This document shows positions 26,954 to 27,361 of a stretch of DNA of 27,361 bases, one piece after another. The translations under genes and the position numbers were made by a program. The DNA lies in assembly GCA_044224875.1 (NCBI GenBank), contig JBGAJQ010000069.1:1-27361 (forward strand), in the 5' to 3' direction. The stretch is from Gemmatimonadaceae bacterium (GTDB lineage Bacteria > Gemmatimonadota > Gemmatimonadetes > Gemmatimonadales > Gemmatimonadaceae). Below the pieces are notes generated by a model. The model saw nothing but the letters and a program-made list of their open reading frames with translations, was not told the DNA's origin and did not search any database. Positions within the stretch are counted from its first letter, which is position 1; every line of letters starts with the position of its first letter.

Positions 26954-27361
26954 CTAACGACCACCAACATTGTACTTGGCCAGGATGGAGCGAACCTTCT
27001 CCAGCGGAATGGCGTTGACCGTGCGGCCGCGACTGGTCACAGAGGTCGCCATGAACATCGAATTGTAGATCGCTTCTTCAGTTGCCTCCACCGCGCCTTC
27101 GAACAAACCCGACATTGCGTCGTTCGTGAGGTCGGCCACGGTGCGCTCGAGTGGTGGTGGCTGCTGGCCGCGTCCAGGGGCAATGTGACGCCTCACGGAT
27201 TCGGCGGTGGAGAACGCGAGCACGTAGTCGCCGCTGCCATTGGACGCCGACGAACCCGTGCGTGAGAGGCCCATGATGGCGCGCGCCGCCAACCGCCTGA
27301 GGTTGCGGTCTGAGAGGGGTGCGTCCGTCGCAACTACCATCATTATAGAGCCATCGCCGCG
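26954..27361 (-). CDS. P1 (DmpA-like) aminopeptidase, C-terminal part (gene starts beyond the window)
   Basis: Window edge reads GDGSIMMVVATDAPL (autoprocessing G/S site), then RLAARA..GLSRTGS..SNGSGD..AFST and EATEEAIYNS. Confidence 0.9.
   Translation of the reverse strand, partial: RGDGSIMMVVATDAPLSDRNLRRLAARAIMGLSRTGSSASNGSGDYVLAFSTAESVRRHIAPGRGQQPPPLERTVADLTNDAMSGLFEGAVEATEEAIYNSMFMATSVTSRGRTVNAIPLEKVRSILAKYNVGGR

Noticed and set aside
1105..26958. Telomere-like (TTAGGG/TTAGGC) repeats or a CRISPR array explaining the GTTAGG motif
   Set aside because: Copies are single, dispersed and irregularly spaced inside ordinary genes, with no tandem arrays, spacers or cas genes.

Overview
GC-rich (roughly 65%) bacterial chromosomal segment; gene content and style suggest Gemmatimonadota or a similar heterotroph (inference only). 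It holds about 24 coding regions. These include five peptidases/amidohydrolases (M20 with a Tat signal, an amidohydrolase, S9, M28, partial P1/DmpA), four with visible export signals. There is a four-gene minus-strand catabolic operon (GcvT-like aminomethyltransferase, two paralogous phytoene-desaturase-like FAD oxidoreductases, Rieske oxygenase alpha subunit). Other genes are an ABC-F ATPase, a fasciclin lipoprotein, a PHI-1/EXORDIUM-like lipoprotein, a 5'-truncated RNase Z-like MBL gene, a PlsC-like acyltransferase, a stand-alone infA, a Ser/Cys proline-racemase-family enzyme, a cold-shock gene with a long structured leader, and a vapBC-type toxin-antitoxin pair with a visible promoter and operator. 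No rRNA, tRNA, CRISPR array, integrase or transposase was recognised. The most unusual signal is not a gene: the non-palindromic word GTTAGG (usually CGTTAGG) occurs 22 times by manual count, in both orientations, in several reading frames and in intergenic DNA, often via normally rare codons, which suggests a genome-wide DNA-level signal.
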